Positions 47,095 to 55,895 of a DNA stretch of 64,000 nt are shown piece after piece. The DNA comes from Bacillota bacterium (GTDB lineage: Bacteria; Bacillota; UBA4882; JBLNCG01). The DNA lies in assembly GCA_050260475.1 (NCBI GenBank), contig JBLNCG010000019.1, positions 10,166 through 74,165 of the forward strand, written 5' to 3'. A program made the translations under genes and the position numbers. The notes below the pieces were generated by a model. It had not been told where the DNA came from. It saw only the letters and a list, made by a program, of their open reading frames with translations, and did no database searches. The stretch's first letter is position 1. Every line of letters begins with the position of its first letter.

Positions 47095-48192
47095 TCATTG
47101 GATTACTGCCGCCAGTTCCCTTAAAAACCTCTCATTCTGCTCAAGGTTGCCGACGGTCACCCGGATGCATTTGGGAAGGCCGTAGATATCGCCGGTGCGG
47201 ATAATCACGCCGCGTTTTTGGAGGGCAGCGAAAACCTCCCGGCAGTCCCTGGGCAGTTCCACCAGAATGAAATTGGTTTCGGTGGGCCAGTATTTAAGGC
47301 CCATTTTTTCAAAGGCCCGGTATAACTGATTTTTTCCTGCGCCGTTCAATGCCCTGCTTTTCTCCACATGGCTGGAACCCAAGCTCGCCCGGGCGGCTTC
47401 CTGAGCTACCAGGTTGACGTTGAAAGGTTCCCTGACCTTGCCCAGCATGGCGATTAATCCTTCCGGGGCAACGCCGTAGCCGACGCGCAGTCCGGCCAGG
47501 CCGTAAATCTTTGAAAATGTGCGCAGTACGATGACATTCCGCCCCTCGCGGAAATAATTCATCCCATCCGGATAATCCCCGGCTTCAGCGTACTCGAAAT
47601 AAGCCTCGTCAAAGGCTACGATGATATCTCCGGGAAGCCCGTCCAGGAAATCATCCACTTCCGCTTTTGTAACATACGTGCCGGTAGGGTTATTGGGGTT
47701 GCATAAAAATATGATTTTCGTCCTGCGGGAAACCGCCGCCTTCATGGCAGGCAGGTCATGACGCATATCGCGGCAAGGGATGCTTTTTACCTGGGCCCCC
47801 ATCAGGCGCGCAGAAAATTCATATTCGCTGAAAGTGGGATCCGCCACGATGATCTCGCTGTCAGGCGTTAAAAAAGCATGACCAAGCAACTCAAGGATCT
47901 CATCCGAGCCGTTTCCCACCATGATATTTTTCGCTTCCACCCCCAGCCTCTCCGCCAGGGCGTTTTTTAAATAATAGACATTTCCATCCGGGTATAACGA
48001 AACCTTGTCCGCAGCCTTTTTAATGGCTTCCCGGGCTTCCGGACAAGGTCCCAAGGGATTTTCGTTGGAGGCGAGTTTAATCACATCGGTGATCCCAAGT
48101 TCCCTTTGTACTTCTTCAATGGGCTTACCCGGTACATAAGGTTTGATCGCCGCAAGCTGAGGGCGGGCAATTTGTTGATAATCCAACTTCAT
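47095..48192 (-). CDS. hisC: Histidinol-phosphate / aromatic aminotransferase
   Basis: PLP class I/II aminotransferase (NPNNPTG ... SKIYGLAGLRVGY). ATG at 48192 with AAAGGAGA upstream. The ORF-track 5' extension is rejected. Confidence 0.85.
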   Translation of the reverse strand: MKLDYQQIARPQLAAIKPYVPGKPIEEVQRELGITDVIKLASNENPLGPCPEAREAIKKAADKVSLYPDGNVYYLKNALAERLGVEAKNIMVGNGSDEILELLGHAFLTPDSEIIVADPTFSEYEFSARLMGAQVKSIPCRDMRHDLPAMKAAVSRRTKIIFLCNPNNPTGTYVTKAEVDDFLDGLPGDIIVAFDEAYFEYAEAGDYPDGMNYFREGRNVIVLRTFSKIYGLAGLRVGYGVAPEGLIAMLGKVREPFNVNLVAQEAARASLGSSHVEKSRALNGAGKNQLYRAFEKMGLKYWPTETNFILVELPRDCREVFAALQKRGVIIRTGDIYGLPKCIRVTVGNLEQNERFLRELAAVIQ

Positions 48193-48560
48193 TCTCCTTT
48201 CCGCGCCAGATCGGGGCGCAAGGCCACCGCTTCGCGCAGGTAAATGTGGCGGATTTCGGTTTTGTTCATCCTGGTGTTTACATGCATGAGAACCCTGATG
48301 CATTTTCGCAGGCCGTCCGGTTTGGCGATCTCCTGGGCGCCCAAGAGCGGAACATCGGACAATCCTATTTCCCTGGCCGCGGCTGCCGGAAACCCCGCAT
48401 TCAAATCAGGGGTCATGGTGAAGATAATGCTGATGATATCATCCACAGCCAGCCGGTTTTCCGCCATGATGCGTTTTAGCAGCTCCATGGTGGCGCTCAA
48501 TATTTCCGCGTTTGAATTGTGTCTTGCCGTTGTTGCCCCTCGAATTCCCAAAACCGCCAT
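48189..48560 (-). CDS. aroH: Chorismate mutase, AroH class
   Basis: MAVLGIRGATTA ... is typical of the B. subtilis-type monofunctional chorismate mutase. GGAGG lies 5 nt upstream. The stop overlaps the hisC start. Confidence 0.8.
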   Translation of the reverse strand: MAVLGIRGATTARHNSNAEILSATMELLKRIMAENRLAVDDIISIIFTMTPDLNAGFPAAAAREIGLSDVPLLGAQEIAKPDGLRKCIRVLMHVNTRMNKTEIRHIYLREAVALRPDLARKGE

Positions 48561-48576
48561 ACCGTCCTCCAATATT

Positions 48577-48604
48577 CAGTGACCAGTAACCAGTAATCAG
48601 TAAG
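48577..48604 (-). promoter_or_regulatory. Four tandem heptads (plus strand CAGTGAC CAGTAAC CAGTAAT CAGTAAG; mRNA NUUACUG x4) 6 nt upstream of the aroH Shine-Dalgarno
   Basis: Read directly from the sequence. They are partly complementary to the NAG array 30 nt upstream. Confidence 0.6.
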
Positions 48605-48635
48605 ATAAATACAATACTCAAATTATTATTAATCG

Positions 48636-48673
48636 CTGCAGACTGATTGCTGATCACTATTCACTGCACTCTA
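48636..48673 (-). promoter_or_regulatory. Putative HutP-type RNA-binding site: six NAG triplets with exact 4-nt spacers (mRNA UAG-agug-CAG-ugaa-UAG-ugau-CAG-caau-CAG-ucug-CAG)
   Basis: Plus strand has CTG/CTA triplets at 48636, 48643, 48650, 48657, 48664 and 48671, each separated by 4 nt. The first UAG is the stop codon of the HutP-family gene. Confidence 0.6.
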
Positions 48674-49090
48674 TCTGATCGCCCTGTGCCCCATGCCGAC
48701 GGCCACTTCATCCAGATGGAGCAAGCCGATGCCGAAAAAGATCGCCACGCTCACATGATCCCCCCGCCGGGCGATACCGATCTTGCCTCCCACATTCAAG
48801 CCCATGGCTTTTGGCAGGATTGCCGCAAGCGCTTCATGAGTGGCTCCGGCCACCGCTCCTTCATCCACATGGTTGTTTTCTATAAGAAACTCCCGCTTGG
48901 CAGCTACAACCGCGCGCTCCACGATTTTTTTCACGGAGTCGTTGAACTCCCCGCCGTAATCCACCCCGGCGGCCCTGATCTCTTTCCTTTTCAACTGCTC
49001 CTTCAGTAAACTCTCCTCTTCCCGCGTGCCGGAAACGGCCATCATAATCGCGGCCTTGGCCACTTCCTTGCTTCCCTTGGACGGTTCCAT
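48671..49090 (-). CDS. HutP-family RNA-binding regulatory protein
   Basis: 139 aa. The C-terminus FFGIGLLHLDEVAVGMGHRAI aligns with HutP YGTIGAPIKGLEHETFGVGINHI, and the central GATHEALAA aligns with HATMEAL. Confidence 0.7.
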   Translation of the reverse strand: MEPSKGSKEVAKAAIMMAVSGTREEESLLKEQLKRKEIRAAGVDYGGEFNDSVKKIVERAVVAAKREFLIENNHVDEGAVAGATHEALAAILPKAMGLNVGGKIGIARRGDHVSVAIFFGIGLLHLDEVAVGMGHRAIR

Positions 49091-49130
49091 CTTTAAAACC
49101 TCGTTTGTTTTTTTATTTCAGCCAGAAAGA

Positions 49131-49304
49131 GCAATTTGCGTTGTAACTATATCCTGATTCCGTGACATCCTTTGACGACCAGGCAAAATCACGGGAGCTT
49201 GCCTATAATGGGAAAAACGAATCAAAACTCGCAATTGCCCGGAGCAGTGGGAATAAATTTAGAATATTTTATCACATTAACGCTCATCTGGCAAGGCAAC
49301 GCAA
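49131..49304 (+). repeat. Chimeric or nested repeat copy E8: canonical termini (GCAATTTGCGTTGTAACTATAT ... CGCAATTGCC, 49131-49239) with an unrelated 65-nt interior, then a partial inverted terminus (GGCAAGGCAACGCAAATTTC, 49285-49304)
   Basis: The termini are conserved while the interior (TTGACG ... GCCTATAATGGG) differs from every other copy. Confidence 0.7.
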
Positions 49305-49339
49305 ATTTCTCGCCGATACTTCACTCCGCCTGATACAAA

Positions 49340-49367
49340 CCCCGCCGATACGTCCGGCGGGGTTTTT
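49340..49367. terminator. Intrinsic terminator (CCCCGCCG-ATACGT-CGGCGGGG followed by T5); the T-run is best on the plus strand
   Basis: 8-bp GC stem. Lies between minus-strand cupin and E8. Confidence 0.6.
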
Positions 49368-49381
49368 CCGTCTTCCCTGAT

Positions 49382-49648
49382 TCAACCAAAACGATAATAT
49401 TTGCGCACTTTCTCATGAACCGTCCAGACACAGGAAAGGCCGGCAGGGAAAGTAACCAGATCCCCCTTGCCGAAGGACACTTCCTGATCCGCGGTTTTCA
49501 CCGTTACCCTGCCTTCCAGGAGATAACAGGTCTCCTTGTCGTCGTAATGCCAGTCGAAAGTGGACGGTTCGCATTCCCACATTCCCCAAACGGAGACATT
49601 CATCTTTTCAAGCTGCTCACCGGTTGGTTTTTCCACGGTAATCGGCAT
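49382..49648 (-). CDS. Cupin-domain small protein
   Basis: 88 aa with a cupin beta-barrel signature (GRVTVKTADQEVSFGKGDLVTFPAG). Confidence 0.6.
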   Translation of the reverse strand: MPITVEKPTGEQLEKMNVSVWGMWECEPSTFDWHYDDKETCYLLEGRVTVKTADQEVSFGKGDLVTFPAGLSCVWTVHEKVRKYYRFG

Positions 49649-49652
49649 GAAA

Positions 49653-52600
49653 TCACCCCTTTTTAGCTATTTTAATCGCGACCTTATGGCCGTTGACATC
49701 CCATTCCTCAGAGCCGGCGCCCGGTTGTTTCCGGCGCATCAGTTCCACGGCAAGCGTTTCCTCGACTATATAGCTTCGGAAAGCTTCCACAGCCGCCGCT
49801 ACTTCATCATCCGCGTGATAATCCACATCGATGCGGTCTGTCAACTCTAGGCCGGCGTTTTTCCGCATATTCTGGACCTTGGAGACCATCTCCCGCGCCA
49901 GGCCTTCCTGCAGTAATTCAGGAGTCAACCCGGTATCAAGGATCACGTAGTTGCCCCGTGCCATCTCCACCGCAAAGCCTTGCTTATCCTCCACGCGGAC
50001 CTCCAGATCCTCCTCAGTCAGGGAAACATGCGTGCCGTCCACGGTCAGCGCAAGTACGCCGGATTGCCGGAGCGACTTGACATATTCCGCGGCGTCGCCC
50101 ACGGCAAGCTCCGCGCCGATCCCTTTCATAAGCTTACCGTACTTGGGTCCCAACACCGGAAAGTTCGGCTTCACCGTATAAGAAACGTATTCATCGAAAT
50201 TCTTCACATATTGCAGCGCCTTGACGTTTAATTCTTCCTTCACCAGCCCTTCCACACTTTCCAGGACAGGACGGTGCTTTTCATCCACTCTCAAGGCGGG
50301 CAGCGGCTGTCTGACCTTGATCCGCACCTTGTTCCGCGCCGCGCGCCCCAGCGAGACAAGATCGATCACCAGGCCCATATGACCCTCCAGTTCCGCATCG
50401 ATGGATTTTTCATCCGCCTCCGGATACAGTTCGATATGCACGGAAGCGAGTTTATCTTTGCCCTGCTTGAGGTTTTGATAAATATCCTCCGCCAGGAAAG
50501 GAGCAAACGGGGCCATAAGCTTGGCAACAGCCAGCAGTACTTCCCACAGGGTGCGGTAAACGGCCTTTTTACTCCGGTTCATTTCGGAAGCCCAAAAACG
50601 TTCACGTGTCCGCCGCACGTACCAGTTGGAGACCTCATCCACCACGAAGGACTGGATGGCCCGCACGGTATGCGTCATTTCATATTCTTCCATGTTTGTC
50701 CGGACTTCCCGGATCAAGGAATTAAGCCGAGAGATGATCCAGCGATCGATCTCCTCCCTTTCCGCCGCCGGTATGTCGTAGCTTTCGGGATCCGCGCCGT
50801 CGATATTGGCGTAAAGAGTAAAAAAGGCGTATACATTCTGCAGCGTTCCTAAAAACTTGGAGGAGACCTCTTTTACTCCGTCCTCATCGAAACGGGTCGG
50901 CGTCCAGGGCGGCGAGACCGCCATCAGGTACCACCGGGAGGCATCCGCGCCGTATTTCTCCATCAATTGCCAGGGATCCACGGTGTTGCCCCTGGATTTG
51001 GACATCTTCAGCCCGTTCTTGTCCAGGACCAAATCGTTTACGAGTACGGATTTAAATGACGATCTGCCCGAAATAAAGGCGGAAATGGCAAGCAGGGAGT
51101 AAAACCATCCCCTTGTCTGGTCGATGCCCTCGCAGATGAAATCCGCCGGGAAAAGCCGGTCGAAATCGGCCTTGTGCTCAAAAGGATAGTGCCATTGCCC
51201 GTAAGGCATGGAACCCGAATCGAACCAGCAGTCGATAACCTCGGCGGTTCTGGTCATCTTGCCGCCGCATGCGCATTTGAGATGGACCTCGTCGATATAC
51301 GGCCGGTGCAGTTCGATGGTTTCCTGATCAATCTTTTCCACGGCCCGCTCCGCCAGTTCCCGCCTGGACCCGATGGAGGCAAGTCCGCTGCAGACATCGC
51401 ATTTCCAGATATTCAGCGGCGTACCCCAATAGCGGTCCCTTGACAGGGACCAGTCGATCAGGTTTTCCAGCCAGTTGCCGAACCGGCCTTTTCCAACATG
51501 TTCGGGATACCATTTGATCTCGTTGTTGCATGCGATCAGACGGTCCTTATATTTGGTGGTGGCAATATACCAAGATTTCCGGCCGTAATAAAGCAAGGGG
51601 GTGTCGCAGCGCCAACAATACGGGTATGAATGAGTCATGCGCTCCCTGGAAAACAACTTACCCTGTTCCTTAAGGTACCGTGTGATGTCCGGGTCCGCTT
51701 CGCGCACGAAACGGCCCGTCCAGGGACGGACATCCGGGGTAAATTTTCCTTCTTTATCCACGGGCTGTAAAAAAGGCAATCCGTGCTTTTGTCCGAGCTG
51801 GTAATCGTCTTCGCCGAAAGCCGGGGCGATATGCACGATTCCGGTGCCGTCATCCGTAGAGACGAAGTCCGCTCCATAGACTTTGAAAGCGTTCTTCGCA
51901 TCGGCTTTTACAAAGGGCATCAACTGCTCATATGGGATCCCTTCCAGGGCGGCCCCTTTCATCTCCTCCAGGATTTCCGCATCCTTCCCCAGGACCGCCT
52001 CCACGCGCTCCCGCACCAGGATGTAAACGTTCCCGTCGCCGGTCTTGCGCGCTTTTACATACGTATGAGCGGGATTTACCGCCAGAGCCACGTTGGAAGG
52101 CAGGGTCCACGGGGTGGTGGTCCATACCAGGAAATATTCCCTTTCCCTGCCTGTCTTTTTCATGCGCACGTAAATGGAATCGATGGTTTCATCCTTGTAA
52201 CCCAGCGAGACCTCGTGCGAAGCCAACGGAGTCCCGCAGCGGGCGCAGTACGGCATGATCTTGTGGCCTTCATAAATCAACCCCTCGTCAAAGTATTTTT
52301 TCAGGATCCACCAGATCGTCTCAATATAATCATTATGAAGCGTAATGTAGGGATGATCCATATCCAGCCAGTAGGCGATGCGCTCCGTCATCCTGCGCCA
52401 TTCCTTTTCATAAGCAAATACGGACTCGCGGCATTTTTTATTGAAGGCCTCCATACCGTAATCCTCGATCTGCTGTTTGGAGGAAAGGCCGAGTTGCTTT
52501 TCCACCTCGATCTCCACCGGCAGTCCGTGGGTATCCCAGCCCGCCTTGCGATCCACCTGGAAACCCTGCATGGTCTTGTAACGGCAAACGGTATCCTTCA

Positions 52601-52796
52601 ATGTCCGCGACAAAACATGATGGATCCCCGGTTTTCCGTTGGCGGTGGGCGGCCCTTCATAAAACACAAAGCGCGGGCAGCCTTCCCTTGCGGTCACGCT
52701 TAAATCGGGGATCTTTTCGGAAAGCCAATATTGCAGGATCTCCTCTTCTTTTTTTGCCAGCGGGGATCTGGTATCGACTTCATGAAACTTTCCCAT
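49653..52796 (-). CDS. ileS: Isoleucine--tRNA ligase, type 2
   Basis: 1047 aa with HIGH-type motif PPTANGKPGIHH and KMSKS. Confidence 0.95.
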   Translation of the reverse strand: MGKFHEVDTRSPLAKKEEEILQYWLSEKIPDLSVTAREGCPRFVFYEGPPTANGKPGIHHVLSRTLKDTVCRYKTMQGFQVDRKAGWDTHGLPVEIEVEKQLGLSSKQQIEDYGMEAFNKKCRESVFAYEKEWRRMTERIAYWLDMDHPYITLHNDYIETIWWILKKYFDEGLIYEGHKIMPYCARCGTPLASHEVSLGYKDETIDSIYVRMKKTGREREYFLVWTTTPWTLPSNVALAVNPAHTYVKARKTGDGNVYILVRERVEAVLGKDAEILEEMKGAALEGIPYEQLMPFVKADAKNAFKVYGADFVSTDDGTGIVHIAPAFGEDDYQLGQKHGLPFLQPVDKEGKFTPDVRPWTGRFVREADPDITRYLKEQGKLFSRERMTHSYPYCWRCDTPLLYYGRKSWYIATTKYKDRLIACNNEIKWYPEHVGKGRFGNWLENLIDWSLSRDRYWGTPLNIWKCDVCSGLASIGSRRELAERAVEKIDQETIELHRPYIDEVHLKCACGGKMTRTAEVIDCWFDSGSMPYGQWHYPFEHKADFDRLFPADFICEGIDQTRGWFYSLLAISAFISGRSSFKSVLVNDLVLDKNGLKMSKSRGNTVDPWQLMEKYGADASRWYLMAVSPPWTPTRFDEDGVKEVSSKFLGTLQNVYAFFTLYANIDGADPESYDIPAAEREEIDRWIISRLNSLIREVRTNMEEYEMTHTVRAIQSFVVDEVSNWYVRRTRERFWASEMNRSKKAVYRTLWEVLLAVAKLMAPFAPFLAEDIYQNLKQGKDKLASVHIELYPEADEKSIDAELEGHMGLVIDLVSLGRAARNKVRIKVRQPLPALRVDEKHRPVLESVEGLVKEELNVKALQYVKNFDEYVSYTVKPNFPVLGPKYGKLMKGIGAELAVGDAAEYVKSLRQSGVLALTVDGTHVSLTEEDLEVRVEDKQGFAVEMARGNYVILDTGLTPELLQEGLAREMVSKVQNMRKNAGLELTDRIDVDYHADDEVAAAVEAFRSYIVEETLAVELMRRKQPGAGSEEWDVNGHKVAIKIAKKG

Positions 52797-53153
52797 GGTA
52801 TCAACTCCTTTTCTTACTGATGCAAATTTGAATACAGGAGACAGGAGACAGAAGTCGGAATATATTAGAGCAATCTGCTTTATTTAAGAACTCCGGAACA
52901 AAAAAAATAAAAAACCGCCCCAAAGGGACGGTTTGTCTTCCGCGGTACCACCCAATTTGCCCGGCCCATACGGGGCCGGCCACTTTTCTCCGGTAACGGC
53001 GGACACCGGCCGCACCTACTTGCGGTTCGGGCGGCTGCTCCAGGATGATCTTCGGCTGAACCCAAGGCGCCGGCTTTCACCTTCCCCGGCTCTCTTCAAG
53101 CCTTCGCAAATCAGCTTACTCTTCCTATCAATGCCTTTGTAAGAGGTTTAATT
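52797..53153 (-). promoter_or_regulatory. T-box riboswitch leader of ileS
   Basis: Minus-strand sense contains AAUUGGGUGGUACCGCGG (plus 52941-52959). A terminator CCGUCCC/GGGGCGG followed by UUUUUUAUUUUUUU lies at plus 52901-52934. Stem-I has the AGAGAG motif and the candidate specifier region is GAUCAUC. Confidence 0.8.
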
Positions 53154-53160
53154 TAGTCAA

Positions 53161-53190
53161 TTGTAGCATTAAGAAAGGCCCATTGTCAAG
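53161..53190 (-). promoter_or_regulatory. Sigma-A-type promoter for ileS (TTGACA-18-TACAAT)
   Basis: Minus strand: TTGACA is the reverse complement of 53185-53190, and TACAAT of 53161-53166. Confidence 0.6.
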
Positions 53191-53268
53191 AGGCGGAAAG
53201 AGTTTTCTGCAACAGGGAGGAAAAACGCAAGACGCAGAAGAATTTATCAAGGTAATGCTCTTCGATAA

Positions 53269-53384
53269 GCAATTTGCGTTGTTATGACAATTTTACGTCT
53301 TGCCGCTAAATATCGATAGCCTAATGGTAGCCATACACTATATTTAGCGGCAAGACCTTGAATTAAGGTAACAACACAATTGCC
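53269..53384 (+). repeat. Intergenic palindromic repeat, copy E9 (full length)
   Basis: GCAATTTGCGTTGTTATGACAATTTTACGTCTTGCCGCTAAATATCGATAGCCTAATGGTAGCCATACAC ... GGTAACAACACAATTGCC. Confidence 0.9.
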
Positions 53385-53416
53385 TCCCGATAGAAAACTA
53401 AAACAAGGAGAAACCC

Positions 53417-54595
53417 ATGGAAGACAATCAAGTGGCAATATATCTTGATTTTGAGAATCTGGCCATCTCCGCCGAGGAAGTGTATCCTTCCAAGGACAGG
53501 CCGCTGTCCATCGAGCCCGTGGTGGACTATGCCACCACCAAAGGAAACGTCTGCATAAAAAAGGCTTACGCGGACTGGTCCAACGAGCTTTTTTCCCAGT
53601 ACCAGAACATCCTGATGGAACACGGTTTTGAACTGGTGCATCTTCCCGCCACCAATCAGCAGGGCAAAAACGGTTCCGATGTCCGTCTGGCCGTGGATGT
53701 CATGGAAAACCTGGAACTGTTCCAGACCATCAGCACCGTAATCATCGGCTCCGGGGACACGGACTTCGTGCCCCTGATCCAGCGCGTCCGCGCCCGCGGG
53801 ATCCAGGTAATCAGCATCGGATTTGACCACAGCGTGGGCAACCTGGTGAAAATCAACAGCGTGGAATTCAAGTCCCTGGAAGAACTGCTGGGCAAACCGG
53901 AAGAGGAGTCGCTTTCCTCCGAACTTGTCGGGGAGGTGGATATTTCATACGGCCGGGAGCTTTTGATCCGCTATATCAGAAACCGAAACAACGACGAGCC
54001 GGTGCTCCTCGCCACGCTGAAGCAGGACCTGCTGCGGCTGGATCCGTCCTTTTCCGAAAAGAAACTGGGTTTTTCCTCCTTCAAAAAATTCATTAAGTCC
54101 TTCACGGGAGATCTGGTCAGCCAGATAAATTCCACGGATAAAGAGGGTTTGCTGCTGGTGCATTTGAATGATGCGGAAATCCCCCAGAACAAGCGGACGG
54201 ATCTCAAGGAGGAAGCCCGCTCATTCCTTGCCAAAAACATCCGCTTTCAAAAAAATCCCGCCAAGCGCTTGGCCATCTCCAAGCTGCTCCTCGACGAGTA
54301 CAAGGAAAACCGCGAGATGACCATGAGCGAAATGATCGATTTCACCGGCGATAAAATTAAAGGCTTCACCAAATCCGAGATCCGGAAATTCATCAACCTG
54401 CTTTTTTCCGGCAAGGCCTTCGAGCAGGTAAAAAAGGGCCAGTGGCGCCCCCTGCTGTTCAGGCCGATCAAACTCAAGGAAACCATGAACAGCCCGGAAA
54501 ACTTGGAACGGCTATACATGAACCGGGTGGTGGAAATCCTAAAAAACCGCTACTCCGCGCTTACCGAAGAGGAGGTGGACGCTTTAATAAAATAA
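53417..54595 (+). CDS. NYN-domain (LabA/PIN-like) nuclease-fold protein with a C-terminal OST-HTH/LOTUS-like region
   Basis: N-terminus VAIYLDFENL ... GSGDTDFVPLIQRVRARG is typical of NYN. RBS AAGGAG. Confidence 0.65.
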   Translation: MEDNQVAIYLDFENLAISAEEVYPSKDRPLSIEPVVDYATTKGNVCIKKAYADWSNELFSQYQNILMEHGFELVHLPATNQQGKNGSDVRLAVDVMENLELFQTISTVIIGSGDTDFVPLIQRVRARGIQVISIGFDHSVGNLVKINSVEFKSLEELLGKPEEESLSSELVGEVDISYGRELLIRYIRNRNNDEPVLLATLKQDLLRLDPSFSEKKLGFSSFKKFIKSFTGDLVSQINSTDKEGLLLVHLNDAEIPQNKRTDLKEEARSFLAKNIRFQKNPAKRLAISKLLLDEYKENREMTMSEMIDFTGDKIKGFTKSEIRKFINLLFSGKAFEQVKKGQWRPLLFRPIKLKETMNSPENLERLYMNRVVEILKNRYSALTEEEVDALIK

Positions 54596-55818
54596 ACAAG
54601 TTCTTTCCACTCCGGCAGCGGCGAAAGAACGCGGGGCAAAATGCCGTGCAGATACGCGATTAAAACGCCGTAATTTACCACGGGCACCCCTTCTTCCTTT
54701 GCTTTGGTTATGCGCCGCAAGATTTCCCTTCTGTTCAGCATGCATCCGCCGCAGTGCACCACCAGTTTGTATCTTCCCAAATCAGCGGGAAAGCCCGTAC
54801 CGCTGCACCATTCGAATACCGGCTCACCGCCTGCCTTCTGCCGCAGCCAGAGGGGGATCTTGACCGTGCCGATGTCGCCGGGCTGGCGATGGTGGGTGCA
54901 GGCTTCGGCGATTAATACCCTATCCCCGGCTTCAAGTCTTTCCACTGCCCGGACTCCTTTCACCAATTCACTGAGATCTCCTTTTTGCCTGGCCTGCAGA
55001 ATGGAAAAGGAAGTCAACGGAATATCCTCCGGCGCCGCCGCGGCGACTGCGGCAAATGCCTGGGAATCCGTAACCACTAGGGCAGGCTCTTTCCCAAGAT
55101 TACCCAAGACCTCGCGCAGCGTATTCTCTTTCGTTACAACCACCGCCGCGTCATGGTCCAGGCACTCGCGGATAACCTGCTGCTGGGGTAAAATAAGCCT
55201 TCCCTTAGGAGCAGCCTTGTCTATGGGTGTTACCAAAACCGCCAGATCCCCCGGCCGAATCAATCCGCACATCAATCCCGGATTTTGTTCGCCGCGGGGG
55301 GCGTTATCGATCAACGCCTCTTTTAAGGCATCCATGCCCTTCCCGGAGACCGCGGAAATTTCCAACAGTTTTAATCCGAGCCTGTTTTCCCACTCCCTGC
55401 GTGAATCCGCGGAATATCCTGCGGCATCCGTTTTGTTGACGGCGCCGACCGCCGCGATGCCCTTTTTACGAATCTGCGCCAGGAGATCCGTTTCATATCC
55501 GGTTACGCCTTCCTGTCCGTCGATGAGCAGGACGGCGAGATCCGTTCTTTCCAAAATCTCAAGAGCGCGCCTAACCCGCATCTCCCCCAGCAGACCGGCA
55601 TCATCAAGCCCCGCCGTATCGATAAGCACCACCGGGCCCAGAGGCAATAGCTCCATGGTTTTAAAAACAGGGTCCGTGGTGGTGCCCGCCACTTCCGATA
55701 CAAGCGATACCGGCTGCCCGGCAAGGGCGTTCAACAGGCTCGATTTGCCGGCATTGCGCCTACCGAAAACGGCGATATGGATGCGGGCGGAAATCGGAGT
55801 TTCATTTAAGCTGTTCAT
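54550..55818 (-). CDS. hydF: [FeFe]-hydrogenase maturation GTPase
   Basis: GTP-binding FGRRNAGKSSLLNAL ... DTAG. HydF length and C-terminal Cys motifs. Confidence 0.8.
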   Translation of the reverse strand: MNSLNETPISARIHIAVFGRRNAGKSSLLNALAGQPVSLVSEVAGTTTDPVFKTMELLPLGPVVLIDTAGLDDAGLLGEMRVRRALEILERTDLAVLLIDGQEGVTGYETDLLAQIRKKGIAAVGAVNKTDAAGYSADSRREWENRLGLKLLEISAVSGKGMDALKEALIDNAPRGEQNPGLMCGLIRPGDLAVLVTPIDKAAPKGRLILPQQQVIRECLDHDAAVVVTKENTLREVLGNLGKEPALVVTDSQAFAAVAAAAPEDIPLTSFSILQARQKGDLSELVKGVRAVERLEAGDRVLIAEACTHHRQPGDIGTVKIPLWLRQKAGGEPVFEWCSGTGFPADLGRYKLVVHCGGCMLNRREILRRITKAKEEGVPVVNYGVLIAYLHGILPRVLSPLPEWKELVYFIKASTSSSVSAE

Positions 55819-55895
55819 TTCTCCCCCTTATGTTTTCATTTTACCATGTTTTCATCTTTTCGTTTCCCGATTTGTATCCCTCGCTGGCTATCAGA

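Noticed and set aside
48577-48604. TRAP-like (GAG/UAG triplet) binding site in the tandem heptads upstream of aroH
   Set aside because: The heptads read UUACUG in the mRNA and contain no GAG or UAG triplets. They fit better as the complementary partner strand of the upstream NAG array.
49172-49209. Canonical sigma-A promoter TTGACG ... TATAAT inside chimeric repeat E8
   Set aside because: The spacer is 26 nt. Only the -10 box is credible. The region is kept as a weak possibility inside a finding.
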